The translations under genes and the position numbers were made by a program. DNA of 59,852 nt from Candidatus Micrarchaeota archaeon (lineage in GTDB: Archaea > Micrarchaeota > Micrarchaeia > Micrarchaeales > CABMGC01): NCBI GenBank assembly GCA_021804105.1, contig JAJZKP010000004.1:1-59852 (forward strand), read 5' to 3'. The notes below the pieces were generated by a model. That model had not been told where the DNA came from. It was given only the letters and a program-made list of their open reading frames with translations, and searched no databases. Below are positions 37,609-47,360 of this stretch, piece after piece. Position 1 is the stretch's first letter. Each line of letters begins with the position of its first letter.

Positions 37609-39375
37609 ATGAACAAGGCTGAGCTTAGCATGGCAAAAAAGGACGAGTATAGCAGGCATGCAGAAGAATATGATATTAAGGCTGAAAAGAGGGAGACGAG
37701 ATTCGGTGTCAATTACAAGTGGATAGCGCTATCCAACACCACGCTAGGAGTCCTGATAGCCACGATAGACAGCTCCATACTGATAATCTCCTTGCCGGCA
37801 ATCTTCAATGGCCTCGGTGTCAATCCGCTCACTCCAGGAAACATAACGCTGCTCCTCTGGCTTCTTGTCGGTTACATAATAACGTCATCGGTAACTGTGG
37901 TGACGATAGGAAGGCTCTCTGACATGTTCGGCAGAGTGAAACTCTACAATCTTGGATTCCTGGTCTTCGCAATATGCTCGACCCTGCTCTGGATATCAAC
38001 ATACCTGGTCCATGGCACTGAGGGAGTCATCACGCTAGTTGTGATAAGGCTCTTCCAGGGCCTTGGAGGCGCGTTCCTGTTCGCAAATGGTACTGCCATA
38101 CTTACAGACGCATTCCCACACAATGAGAGGGGCAAGGCGCTTGGCATAAACCAGATTGCAGGTGTTTCAGGAAGCCTGATAGGGCTTGTCCTGGGAGGCA
38201 TACTTGCAGCCATTGATTGGCATCTGGTTTTCCTGGTCAGCGTACCTATCAGCGTATTTGGAACCCTCTGGGCATATTTCGCCCTGCATGAACTCGCAAC
38301 AATCAAGAAGAACCAGAAACTGGATGTCTTAGGCAATGCTGCCTTCGCTGTAGGATTGACTGTGATACTCGCTTCGCTGATATACAGCCTGCTGCCTTAT
38401 GGCAGCAGTTCGGCAGGATGGACAGACCCGTGGGTAATAGGAGGGCTGGCGATAGGCATATTCATGCTGGTCGCGTTTGCCTACATCGAGAAGAAATCCA
38501 AGGATCCCATGTTTCGCCTTGAGCTGTTCAAGATACCTACCTTTAGCCTTGGCAATCTTAGCCTTTTCTTATCAGGCATGGCAAGAGGAGGCTTGCAGTT
38601 CGTGCTGATAATATGGCTACAGGGAATTTGGCTTCCCCTTCACGGGGTAAATTTCATCAACACCCCATTCCAGGCAGGAATAGACATGACACCGCTGATA
38701 CTGGGATTCCTTGTGGCAGGTCCGCTTTTCGGAACCCTTTCGGACAAGTACGGCTCACGGCTCTTCTCAACCTTGGGAATGCTCATTGGTGTTGCAGGCT
38801 TCATAGCACTGCTCTTCCTTCCGGTAAACTTCAATTTCTATGTATTTGCGCCGATAATATTCCTGCTTGGCATAGGGCAGGGGATGTTTGCTGCACCCAA
38901 CACCGCTGCAGTGATGAACTCCGTGCCCCCGGAGACAAGAGGCGCAACTGCAGGTATGAGGTCCACGCTTATGAATGTCTCGTTCATGTTCAGCCTGGTT
39001 ATCTTCTTCTCCCTGCTCGTACTTGGAGTCTCTACAGACCTCTCCGGAGCTTTGTATCATGGGCTTGTAGCACAGAATGTCTCATCGTCAGTGGCCGTGG
39101 GCATTTCCAAGCTTCCGCCGACAACCGTCCTTTTCGCAGCGCTCCTTGGGTACAACCCGATGGAAAGCCTGCTCCCGCAATCGGTGCTCAGCAGCCTGCC
39201 TGCAACGAACAGGGATGCCATTCTTGGCACCTCTTTCTTCCCAACCCTCATATCAGGGCCATTTGTCAACGGATTGCACATTGTATTTTACATCGGCGCG
39301 GTTTTCGCCATGATTGCGGCAATAGCCTCCGCGGTGACAAGGCGCGAGAAGCTTGGGACAGGCAAAGGCAAATAG
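37609..39375 (+). CDS. MFS transporter, DHA2 (14-TM) family
   Basis: D.SI..ISLP, GRLSD.FGR, R.FQG.G, ERG.ALG, P.F.L.LF motifs. Confidence 0.9.
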   Translation: MNKAELSMAKKDEYSRHAEEYDIKAEKRETRFGVNYKWIALSNTTLGVLIATIDSSILIISLPAIFNGLGVNPLTPGNITLLLWLLVGYIITSSVTVVTIGRLSDMFGRVKLYNLGFLVFAICSTLLWISTYLVHGTEGVITLVVIRLFQGLGGAFLFANGTAILTDAFPHNERGKALGINQIAGVSGSLIGLVLGGILAAIDWHLVFLVSVPISVFGTLWAYFALHELATIKKNQKLDVLGNAAFAVGLTVILASLIYSLLPYGSSSAGWTDPWVIGGLAIGIFMLVAFAYIEKKSKDPMFRLELFKIPTFSLGNLSLFLSGMARGGLQFVLIIWLQGIWLPLHGVNFINTPFQAGIDMTPLILGFLVAGPLFGTLSDKYGSRLFSTLGMLIGVAGFIALLFLPVNFNFYVFAPIIFLLGIGQGMFAAPNTAAVMNSVPPETRGATAGMRSTLMNVSFMFSLVIFFSLLVLGVSTDLSGALYHGLVAQNVSSSVAVGISKLPPTTVLFAALLGYNPMESLLPQSVLSSLPATNRDAILGTSFFPTLISGPFVNGLHIVFYIGAVFAMIAAIASAVTRREKLGTGKGK

Positions 39376-39404
39376 TCTGCCTTGAATATAAATAAGCATC
39401 GTGC

Positions 39405-40685
39405 ATGTATATGCGTATGAGGCTTTTTAGGGCATTATTAATTGCACCTGTACTCGCGGTTATTCTCGCCATGTTCTTTTCAGACCTGGTTTATGCCCAG
39501 CTTGTCAACCCTACATTGGAGGCGAATGCAACAACACCGGTTCCAGTAGGAGTAGTGAGCTACGGCCTGTATAATATATCGCAGGATACCGGGGCATATC
39601 AGGTCGAGACCAGCACAATAGTGGGCTATTCGAGGATAAACGCGCTCTCGGCATACAACTCAGTACCGCCTGCCAATGTCTCCGCGTACGGAGCTACGGT
39701 GCAGTTGAATACGGTGATGAATATCACCGGCACCGATGGCAAACACTACTCTTATTGGCTCCAGGATGTGATGGACCTCAACACGAGCAACAGAACCGAA
39801 TTTCTTGTTGACAACGTATGGAACCTGACTGATAATAACGCAAATGTAACAAATGGGACCATAACCGGATATGGGAACTTCTCGGCTACAACATATCCCG
39901 GTACCTTCTCTAATGTAAGCCAGGAGTTCTATGGATATTACCTCAATTCCACCCAGTTCTCATATCCGCTCTTCTTCAACCCTGTAATAACCATAAGCAT
40001 GGCGAATGGATACCCGGTGGTGCATATGGGATACGACCAGAACGGCACATACAGGTTCTATGATAACATAACCTTCTATATACCCGCAAGAAGCGCATAC
40101 ATGCTTGTGACCCCGTATTACCAGTCTCCGGAGCCGTACCTTTCGCAATACAATGGGAGTTTTTACGATGCGGAAATGGTGCTGGGAGGGGAAGGAAGCG
40201 GAGAGGTATCCCAGTTCTACAACTCAAGTGCAACCATGTGGATAGGTTACCTGAATGGCAGCACAGGCAAGATTGAGCCCTTCCCCGTAGTAGCAGATTT
40301 TGGAATGGACACTGAAGAAGCTGCAATAAACCTAGCAGTGGAGCCTGAGAACGGCATGGCGAGAGTGACAAACGGGCAATTAGATTACAACGAGAGCATA
40401 ACGCAGTACGGTGTGCCTGCTGCCCTACTCAAGTCTTCTGCGAATCAGACAACACAGGGCACCACGACAGTTGCATCTACAACAACGCAGAACAACCCTT
40501 CCTCAACTGTCTCAGCCGGTAACAGCACCGAATCGGGGCAATCAAACAGCACTGCAACTGTGGCAAGCGGACCTGCAGGCATATCGCAGTACTTTGTACC
40601 CATAATTGCGGTTGTAGTGATTGCGCTGCTTGTAGCTCTTTATCTCATGGCTAAGGCGATGAGGAATTCTAACGCTTCGCGTTGA
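39405..40685 (+). CDS. Thermopsin-family (A5) acid protease with C-terminal membrane anchor
   Basis: Signal peptide, P.G...YG, QLN, YW.Q.V, DNVWN, DAE.V.GG.G.G, G.DT.E; Ser/Thr linker and terminal TM helix. Confidence 0.82.
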   Translation: MYMRMRLFRALLIAPVLAVILAMFFSDLVYAQLVNPTLEANATTPVPVGVVSYGLYNISQDTGAYQVETSTIVGYSRINALSAYNSVPPANVSAYGATVQLNTVMNITGTDGKHYSYWLQDVMDLNTSNRTEFLVDNVWNLTDNNANVTNGTITGYGNFSATTYPGTFSNVSQEFYGYYLNSTQFSYPLFFNPVITISMANGYPVVHMGYDQNGTYRFYDNITFYIPARSAYMLVTPYYQSPEPYLSQYNGSFYDAEMVLGGEGSGEVSQFYNSSATMWIGYLNGSTGKIEPFPVVADFGMDTEEAAINLAVEPENGMARVTNGQLDYNESITQYGVPAALLKSSANQTTQGTTTVASTTTQNNPSSTVSAGNSTESGQSNSTATVASGPAGISQYFVPIIAVVVIALLVALYLMAKAMRNSNASR

Positions 40686-40737
40686 TACTGCCTATATATA
40701 TTTTCCGTGCATCAATCTACCTGAAACAGGTCATCCT

Positions 40738-42189
40738 ATGGTCGACAAGTTCAAGCTGGAGAAGCTGAAGAAGCTCAGGGAGCTGGGGGTGAACCCGTAT
40801 CCGTACACTTTCTCGGTTACCCACAAGACGGTAGATGTAGTAGGCGAATTCGGAAGCCTGGAAGGCAAGGAGGTGCGCATGGCGGGAAGGATGATCAAGA
40901 GGAGAGAGATGGGCAAGCTCTTTTTCATAGACATACTTGATGGGTATGGCAAGATACAGGTCTTGATCAAGAGTGATAGCGCAAAGGAGGGTGCGCTCAA
41001 GATAGCAAGGCTCACTGACGTAGGAGACATAATAGGCGTACGCGGGCGGGTGATGAAGACCAATAAGGGCGAGATAACCGTGGATGCGGAGGAGGTCACA
41101 ATGCTGGCAAAGTCGCTCCTGACAATGCCGGAGAAGTTCCACGGCCTGACGGATATGGAATTGCGCTACAGGAAGAGGTATCTGGACCTAATAATGAATC
41201 CAGGCGTGCGCGGCTTCCTGACCATGCGGGCCAGGATACTGAAGTATCTTAGGGACTTCCTTGATTCGGAGGGCTACATAGAATTCGAGACTCCGGTGCT
41301 GCAACCCACGTATGGAGGGGCAAACGCAAAGCCGTTCCTCACTGACTACAATGCACTAAACGCCAAAGTATTCCTGAGGATATCCGACGAGCTTTATCTG
41401 AAGAGGCTTATAATAGGCGGCTTCGAGAAGGTGTACGAAGTATCAAAGGATTTCAGGAACGAGGATATAGACTCTACGCACAATCCAGAGTTCACGCAGA
41501 TAGAATTCTATGAGGCATACAAGGACTATGACGATTTCATGAGGTTCACCGAGAAGATGCTCTCCGGGCTTGTAAAGTACATATTCGGATCCTACAAGGT
41601 GGGATACCAGGGTCGCGAGATAGACTTCACGCCGCCTTTCAAGAGAGTGCCATGGGTGGAGGAACTGAAGAGGCAGGCAGGGATAGATGTCTCAATAATG
41701 ACAGATGTAGAGGCAGCCAAGGTAGCCAGGGACGAAGGATTAGACATCCCGATAAAGAACGCGTATCATGTTGCTGACGCCCTGTTCGACAAATACATAA
41801 AGCCAGACCTCTTCCATCCGACTTTTGTGATAGACTTCCCGGCGTATATGTGCCCTCTTACCAAGGACAAACGCGGTAATCCCAAGCTGAGCGAGAGGTT
41901 CGAGCTCTTCATAGCGGGCAAGGAGGAGGGGAACTGCTATTCCGAGCTCACGGATCCGCTGGAGCAGAGAAGGAAGTTTGAGGCGCAGGAGCTTGAACGG
42001 AAGAAGGGCGATTACGAAGCGCCTCCAAGCGATTCTGATTTCCTGGAAGCGATAGAATACGGAATGCCGCCAACAGCAGGCATGGGCCTTGCGATAGACA
42101 GGCTGGCCATGATACTGACAGATAACATATCAATAAAGGAAGTTATACCGTTCCCTGCCGTTAAGCCCGAGGGTAAGCCTAGCAGGTGA
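40738..42189 (+). CDS. lysS: Lysine-tRNA ligase, class II
   Basis: OB fold, RYRKRYLDL, GGA.A.PF, FRNE.ID.THNPEF, ERFE, YGMPP..G.G..IDRL. Confidence 0.96.
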   Translation: MVDKFKLEKLKKLRELGVNPYPYTFSVTHKTVDVVGEFGSLEGKEVRMAGRMIKRREMGKLFFIDILDGYGKIQVLIKSDSAKEGALKIARLTDVGDIIGVRGRVMKTNKGEITVDAEEVTMLAKSLLTMPEKFHGLTDMELRYRKRYLDLIMNPGVRGFLTMRARILKYLRDFLDSEGYIEFETPVLQPTYGGANAKPFLTDYNALNAKVFLRISDELYLKRLIIGGFEKVYEVSKDFRNEDIDSTHNPEFTQIEFYEAYKDYDDFMRFTEKMLSGLVKYIFGSYKVGYQGREIDFTPPFKRVPWVEELKRQAGIDVSIMTDVEAAKVARDEGLDIPIKNAYHVADALFDKYIKPDLFHPTFVIDFPAYMCPLTKDKRGNPKLSERFELFIAGKEEGNCYSELTDPLEQRRKFEAQELERKKGDYEAPPSDSDFLEAIEYGMPPTAGMGLAIDRLAMILTDNISIKEVIPFPAVKPEGKPSR

Positions 42190-42195
42190 TTTCCT

Positions 42196-43008
42196 TCAAT
42201 TCTTTGAGTATGCAAAGACAGCAGTAACGCTCTCCGAGATTGTGCTGGTTCCGCCATAAATTATTGGTGGAGGGGGAGATGACGAGGCTGTGCTTGCAAC
42301 ATATAGGGGGAACGGCCTGAAATAATAGCTATTCACCGATACATTCAGTACTGAGATGTTGTATCTGCCCCCAAGCGTGGCAGAAGCTTGCTCTGTTGCG
42401 TTTTGCATTGCATCAGAGAGTGCTATTGGCCTGAGCGCGGCTATCTGGGCGTTGGAGAACTTTGAATAGATGCTGCTTACGTATACGTTTGGTATGGCTG
42501 AGAGTGCGTTGACTGCTGCGCCTGCCTGCGTCTGGTTCGGCAGAAGCACAATCAGTCGCTCATCGGCTTCATATGTCACGGGATAGGAGCACTTGAATCT
42601 AGGGTATAGCGTTGACGATATCGTGTAATATGTGCCATTGCATATGGCTTCTACATTGTAAGAAGAGGTTTCTATGTTGCTGAGGTTGTCCCCCACATAC
42701 GCATAGATGGTATTGTTAAGATTCCCTATTGTGGACGAAAGATTAGCCACTGCATTTTGCGTAGTGGTGCCTGTGCCGTTTACATTGATGTACATTTGGG
42801 CCTGCGAAGGCTGGCCTCTGGCATAGCCGATCGCAGTAACCGTTATAGTATGATTATTTGTAGTGGTATTGCGCTGAGGGGGTGCGGTAGATCCGTACGA
42901 GTTACTGTGGGTAATGGATACTATAGCAATAGCGCCAAGAAGCAGCACTGCTATCAGAGTCACTAGCGGCCATGCGTTGCCTTCTTTTGTCATTTCAAAC
43001 ACAGACAT
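42196..43008 (-). CDS. SIMPL/DUF541 domain membrane-anchored protein
   Basis: N-terminal TM, ITV...G.....P..A, IETS..NV, AL..A..NA...A, terminal V...F strand. Confidence 0.8.
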   Translation of the reverse strand: MSVFEMTKEGNAWPLVTLIAVLLLGAIAIVSITHSNSYGSTAPPQRNTTTNNHTITVTAIGYARGQPSQAQMYINVNGTGTTTQNAVANLSSTIGNLNNTIYAYVGDNLSNIETSSYNVEAICNGTYYTISSTLYPRFKCSYPVTYEADERLIVLLPNQTQAGAAVNALSAIPNVYVSSIYSKFSNAQIAALRPIALSDAMQNATEQASATLGGRYNISVLNVSVNSYYFRPFPLYVASTASSSPPPPIIYGGTSTISESVTAVFAYSKN

Positions 43009-43239
43009 ATGTTTGTGAAGCTTATTATTAAAGTATTTGTTATGAGTAGGTTTTTTGTAGGTTTCTTATTCTCTGGTGCGGACATGCAGTCAAGCCACAC
43101 CGCCGTCTTTGTTATATGCTGGTGGAGCAATATCGACCGGTTGCGTTGCCATTTTATTGGGTGGTAGCCTGGGCGGGGGCATTGTGGGCATCAAGCATGG
43201 GTTATTTAAACTTTGCATTATACGTATTTTTGTGAATCC

Positions 43240-43926
43240 ATGGCAGTAAAGACTAAGAACCCGAGTCTTGGGAAGCGAGCCTTTGTTGAGGCCCTTGGAG
43301 TATTTATATTCGTGATCCTGGGCGCAGGATCGGTTGTTGCAGCCCAGTATGCAGGGTTAGGGAGCACAGGCTTGCTTGTAATAGCCCTTGGCAATGGAAT
43401 AGGTCTTGCACTTGCCATCTCATTTGCCATGAACATCTCTGGCGGCCACATAAACCCTGCGGTGTCAATAGCGGCATGGGTAAAGGGCCTGATAAGTGGC
43501 AGGGAGGCAATAATATATATAATAGCGCAGGTGATAGGCGCTATACTTGCAGGGCTGGTGCTTGTAGCGCTTTATCCTGCTTCGGCAGGGGTGCCAGTAC
43601 ACTATGGCGCACCAGCACTGGGATCCGGAGTTACGGTAGTACAGGGAATACTATTCGAGGCACTTATGACGTTCTTCCTTGTAATGATGGTTATGGGAAC
43701 CATTGTTGACAGGAGGGCACCGAAGATGGCAGGATTCGGAGTCGGGCTTGTAGTCATGCTCGATGTCTTCATAGGCGGATCATTCACCGGAGCTGCTATG
43801 AACCCTGCCAGGGCAATTGGTCCGGCCATAGCTGCGGGATTCCTGAACAACTGGTATGTCTACTGGATAGGCCCCATAGTAGGCGGAATAGTAGCTGCAC
43901 TTGTGTACAAGTATCTAGTTGAATGA
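43240..43926 (+). CDS. Aquaporin (MIP family)
   Basis: SGGHINPAV and MNPARAIGP NPA boxes. Start moved to MAVK. Confidence 0.94.
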   Translation: MAVKTKNPSLGKRAFVEALGVFIFVILGAGSVVAAQYAGLGSTGLLVIALGNGIGLALAISFAMNISGGHINPAVSIAAWVKGLISGREAIIYIIAQVIGAILAGLVLVALYPASAGVPVHYGAPALGSGVTVVQGILFEALMTFFLVMMVMGTIVDRRAPKMAGFGVGLVVMLDVFIGGSFTGAAMNPARAIGPAIAAGFLNNWYVYWIGPIVGGIVAALVYKYLVE

Positions 43927-44107
43927 GGCCTACGGGACGTATTGCTTGACTATATGTTCCCATCACGCGGAAATCCTATTTGGCCATATGTCAGATTTAT
44001 TTCGTTTAGAATACGGTAGGCAAGCCTGGCATTTGCCACTGAATCAAAGGCAGTTGGGTGGGGCAACCTTTTTATAGTCATCAGTCAATAGAATATTTGG
44101 CGATACT

Positions 44108-44248
44108 ATGGTACAAGCCTATTGCGTTAAGTGCAAAGAGAAAAGGGAAATGAAGGATGCGAAGCAGGTTACCATGAAGAATGGTAAGAAAGCGACACAG
44201 GGAGTATGTCCTGTATGCGGAACGAAGATGTTCAAGATAGGAGGCTGA
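44108..44248 (+). CDS. Small zinc-ribbon protein, DUF5679-like
   Basis: Own translation MVQAYCVKCKEKREMKDAKQVTMKNGKKATQGVCPVCGTKMFKIGG* (46 aa, not in track). Confidence 0.85.
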   Translation: MVQAYCVKCKEKREMKDAKQVTMKNGKKATQGVCPVCGTKMFKIGG

Positions 44249-44260
44249 GTTGTGCTGAGA

Positions 44261-44284
44261 CGCAGTACTCCGCGGGGTGCTGCG
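44261..44284. terminator. GC-rich stem-loop between convergent genes
   Basis: CGCAGTACTC-CGCG-GGGTGCTGCG, a 10-bp stem with two G-T pairs. Confidence 0.4.
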
Positions 44285-44337
44285 CCATCTTATTCTTCAC
44301 AGCGCATGCGGTAATTAGCGTGATGTAGCAGGAAGAC

Positions 44338-45510
44338 TTACAGTCGACGCTTATAGTCCCCGTATCCAAAGCTCTTAACGATCCTGAGCTTCCCATCAAG
44401 GCCATATATGGCTATGCTAGGCAGGCGTATGCCGTTGAATGTTGTAGTCTTGACAATAGAATAATGCGCCATGTCCAGAAATACAAGCCTATCCCCGGGC
44501 TTGAGCTTGGTAGCAAAAGAATAGTCGCCTATTACATCTCCAGCCAGGCACGTCATGCCTCCTAGGCGGTACGTATACTTATGCTCTCCGGGCTTTCCGG
44601 CGCCAATTATTTCGGGACGGTATGGCGACGCAAGGACATCCGGCATGTGTGCTTCTGCAGAGGTATCTAGTATGGCTATGTCCAGCTTGTTATGGATTAT
44701 GTCTAGCACTGTTGCTACAAGGACCCCGGAATAGAGGGCAACCGCCTCTCCAGGCTCAAGATGCACCTGCACCCCGTACTTCTCCTTGAACTTGTTCACA
44801 ATTCTGACCAACAAATCCACATCGTAATCCTTTCTCGTTATGTGGTGCCCTCCGCCGAAATTGACCCATTTCATTTGCGGTATGTACTTGCCGTATGTGC
44901 GCTCGAAGAGCCCCAGCAGCTTGGCGAGCTCTGCTGCATTCTGTTCGCATAAAGCATGGAAGTGTATGCCATCTACCCCGGCAAGGTCTTCGCCCTCAAG
45001 GTCCTCAGGCAGCATCCCAAGCCTAGACCCAGGAAGGGTCGGGTTGTATAGCCTTGTCTTTACCGTAGACCTGCCTGGATTCACTCTCAGTCCCACCTCT
45101 ATCTTGCGCTTGGATCCCTTCACCAGTCCGCGGTACTTCTTCCATTGTGCTATCGAGTTAAATATTATGACATCGGAGTACTTTATTGCCTCAACTATGT
45201 CCTTGTCAGAGTATGCAGGCGCATAGGTATGCACTTCCTTGCCAAACTCTTCCCTTCCCAGCCTTGCCTCAATTGGTCCGCTCGCACATACGCCGTCAAG
45301 ATACTTGCTCAGCAACGGAAATGTCTCGTATGTGGCAAACGCCTTCAATGCCAATAGCACCTTGGCCCCTGTTTTCTTCCTGACATGACCAAGTATCTCA
45401 AGGTTCCTCTTGAGCATGCTTTCGCTCACCACGAAGCACGGAGTCTCGACGCTGTCAGTAACGCTTTTGGGAAAGCTCTTCAATTCTTCTAGATGCATTT
45501 TCATAGTCAT
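44338..45510 (-). CDS. nspC: Carboxy(nor)spermidine decarboxylase
   Basis: TP.FV, LALKAF, GLRVNP, HFH.LCEQ, NFGGGHHIT, EPGE, TCLAGD, FNG..LP. Confidence 0.94.
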   Translation of the reverse strand: MTMKMHLEELKSFPKSVTDSVETPCFVVSESMLKRNLEILGHVRKKTGAKVLLALKAFATYETFPLLSKYLDGVCASGPIEARLGREEFGKEVHTYAPAYSDKDIVEAIKYSDVIIFNSIAQWKKYRGLVKGSKRKIEVGLRVNPGRSTVKTRLYNPTLPGSRLGMLPEDLEGEDLAGVDGIHFHALCEQNAAELAKLLGLFERTYGKYIPQMKWVNFGGGHHITRKDYDVDLLVRIVNKFKEKYGVQVHLEPGEAVALYSGVLVATVLDIIHNKLDIAILDTSAEAHMPDVLASPYRPEIIGAGKPGEHKYTYRLGGMTCLAGDVIGDYSFATKLKPGDRLVFLDMAHYSIVKTTTFNGIRLPSIAIYGLDGKLRIVKSFGYGDYKRRL

Positions 45511-46724
45511 TCCGGAAGCTTGCCTTTAAAATCAACTGCCTGCCATGGCAGGCCGTACTTGTTCAGCGCGTCCATGAACTTGTCAGGGTCGAGTTGCTCA
45601 ACATTGAATACGCCACTGCCTTTCCAGGTGCCGTTGAGCATGAGCATTGCGCCTATCATAGCCGGCACCCCAGTAGTATATGAGATTGCCTGCGCGCCGA
45701 CCTCCTTGAACGACTCTGCGTGATCGCAGACATTGTATATGTATACAGACTTCTTTTGGCCGGACTTTGTCCCGGTGAATACGTTGCCTATGACTGTCTT
45801 GCCAGTATAATTCGTGCCGATCTTGGCAGGGTCAGGAAGAAGGGCCTTTAGGAACCTCAGCGGCACCACTTTCTTTCCTTCATAGTCAACTTCATCTATC
45901 CTGGTCATGCCTACGTGCTGCAGGACCCTCAGGTGCGTAAGATAGTTCTCTGAGAAAGTCATCCAGAACCTTATCCTCTTGAGGCCCTTGATATTCATCG
46001 CAAGCGATTCCAGCTCCTCATGGTAAAGCAGGTAGCTCTCCTTCTTTCCTACTACGGGATAGTCAAAACTGAAGTGCACGCTTCGCGGATCCAGGATAGG
46101 CGGTGTCTCAACCCACTTGCCATTGTTCCAGTGCCTTACCGCCTGCGTTACCTCCCTGATGTTTATTTCTGGGTTGAAGTTTGTCGCAAAATCATAGCCG
46201 TGGCTTCCCGCATTGCAATCCAATATGTCTATATAGTTTATCTCGTCGAAGAGATGCTTCTGTGCGTACGCAGAGAAAACGTTGGATACACCAGGGTCAA
46301 ACCCGCAACCCAACACCGCCATAAGGCCCTTCTGCTTAAACCTCTCGTTGTAAGCCCATTGCTGCTTGTACTCAAAGTGGGCCAGCTCTGGGGATTCGTA
46401 ATTGGCGGTGTCAAGATAATTGACGCCTGTCTGCAGGCACGCGTCCATTATTGCCAGGTCCTGGTATGGCAATGCAACATTCAGAACAAGATCCGGGTCA
46501 TGTTCCTTTATTAGCAATACAAGATCCTTGACATTGCCTGCATCGACACGCGCGGTCTTTATCCTATGCCCGGTTCTGCCCTCTATCTCATTGGCTATCT
46601 GTTCGCACTTGGACGGAGTCCTACTGGCAAGGACTATCTCAGAAAAAGCGTCATTGGCCTGCGCGCATTTGTGCGCTACCACACGCCCCACTCCTCCCGC
46701 GCCTATTATCAGCACTTTTCCTAT
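45507..46724 (-). CDS. Carboxy(nor)spermidine dehydrogenase (saccharopine dehydrogenase family)
   Basis: IIGAGGVG, NVALPYQDL, YLDTANYE, GFDPG, FATNFNPEIN.RE, YHEELESL; coupled to nspC. Start ATA 46724 or GTG 46715. Confidence 0.92.
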   Translation of the reverse strand: MGKVLIIGAGGVGRVVAHKCAQANDAFSEIVLASRTPSKCEQIANEIEGRTGHRIKTARVDAGNVKDLVLLIKEHDPDLVLNVALPYQDLAIMDACLQTGVNYLDTANYESPELAHFEYKQQWAYNERFKQKGLMAVLGCGFDPGVSNVFSAYAQKHLFDEINYIDILDCNAGSHGYDFATNFNPEINIREVTQAVRHWNNGKWVETPPILDPRSVHFSFDYPVVGKKESYLLYHEELESLAMNIKGLKRIRFWMTFSENYLTHLRVLQHVGMTRIDEVDYEGKKVVPLRFLKALLPDPAKIGTNYTGKTVIGNVFTGTKSGQKKSVYIYNVCDHAESFKEVGAQAISYTTGVPAMIGAMLMLNGTWKGSGVFNVEQLDPDKFMDALNKYGLPWQAVDFKGKLPE

Positions 46725-46788
46725 GTTATTACCTCTTCACAGCAACGATAAATTGGGCCACTCCTCATTAATAAGATTATCCGTCTTT

Positions 46789-47310
46789 TCAGGAATTTAT
46801 GCGTTCGAGTGTTATCTTGAATACCAAAGTGTATCCTGCAAGAGGAGGATTGAAGTTTATTGTTACATTAGTAGCATTCACAGAGGTTATCCTGCCTTGC
46901 GCATAATGGCCGCTGGAATTACTTGCCACAGTCATTCCGGCCGTGACTGTGTTGTTTCCAAAATAGGATCGCGGTACCACAAGTATAAGCGAAGGATTCA
47001 CTTCGCCGTAGGCCTCGTTTGCAGGAATTGCAACAGTCTTTGTCTGGTTGACATGCATGCCAATAACCGCCAGCCCGAACCCAGGTATTATGGCATTAGA
47101 GCCCACCACAAAACTGAGTGGCGTCTGTCCGACGTTGGTGCTGAATATCGTGCCGTTTGTAAATGACCCGGTGTAGTATACACTGACGTTGTCGCCTACC
47201 TTTACCGTTGCGCCTGTGGCGCTTGCAGCAGATATGTATACCACAAGTATTATTGCTGCTACGATCACAACAGCTATGCCGTAGAGTAGTCGGTTTGCCA
47301 TCTTCTTCAT
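46789..47310 (-). CDS. Membrane-anchored SlyD-like FKBP peptidyl-prolyl isomerase
   Basis: N-terminal TM, V.V.YTG....G..F, IIPGF, AYG, insert-in-flap domain, NFNPPLAG.TL.F. Confidence 0.88.
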   Translation of the reverse strand: MKKMANRLLYGIAVVIVAAIILVVYISAASATGATVKVGDNVSVYYTGSFTNGTIFSTNVGQTPLSFVVGSNAIIPGFGLAVIGMHVNQTKTVAIPANEAYGEVNPSLILVVPRSYFGNNTVTAGMTVASNSSGHYAQGRITSVNATNVTINFNPPLAGYTLVFKITLERINS

Positions 47311-47360
47311 TGCATCACTAACAATTGCAACCAGAATGATTTAAATTTATAGGTAATAGG

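Noticed and set aside
40738-42189. Class II LysRS in an archaeon as a novelty
   Set aside because: Class II LysRS is already known in several archaeal lineages; nothing else is unusual here.
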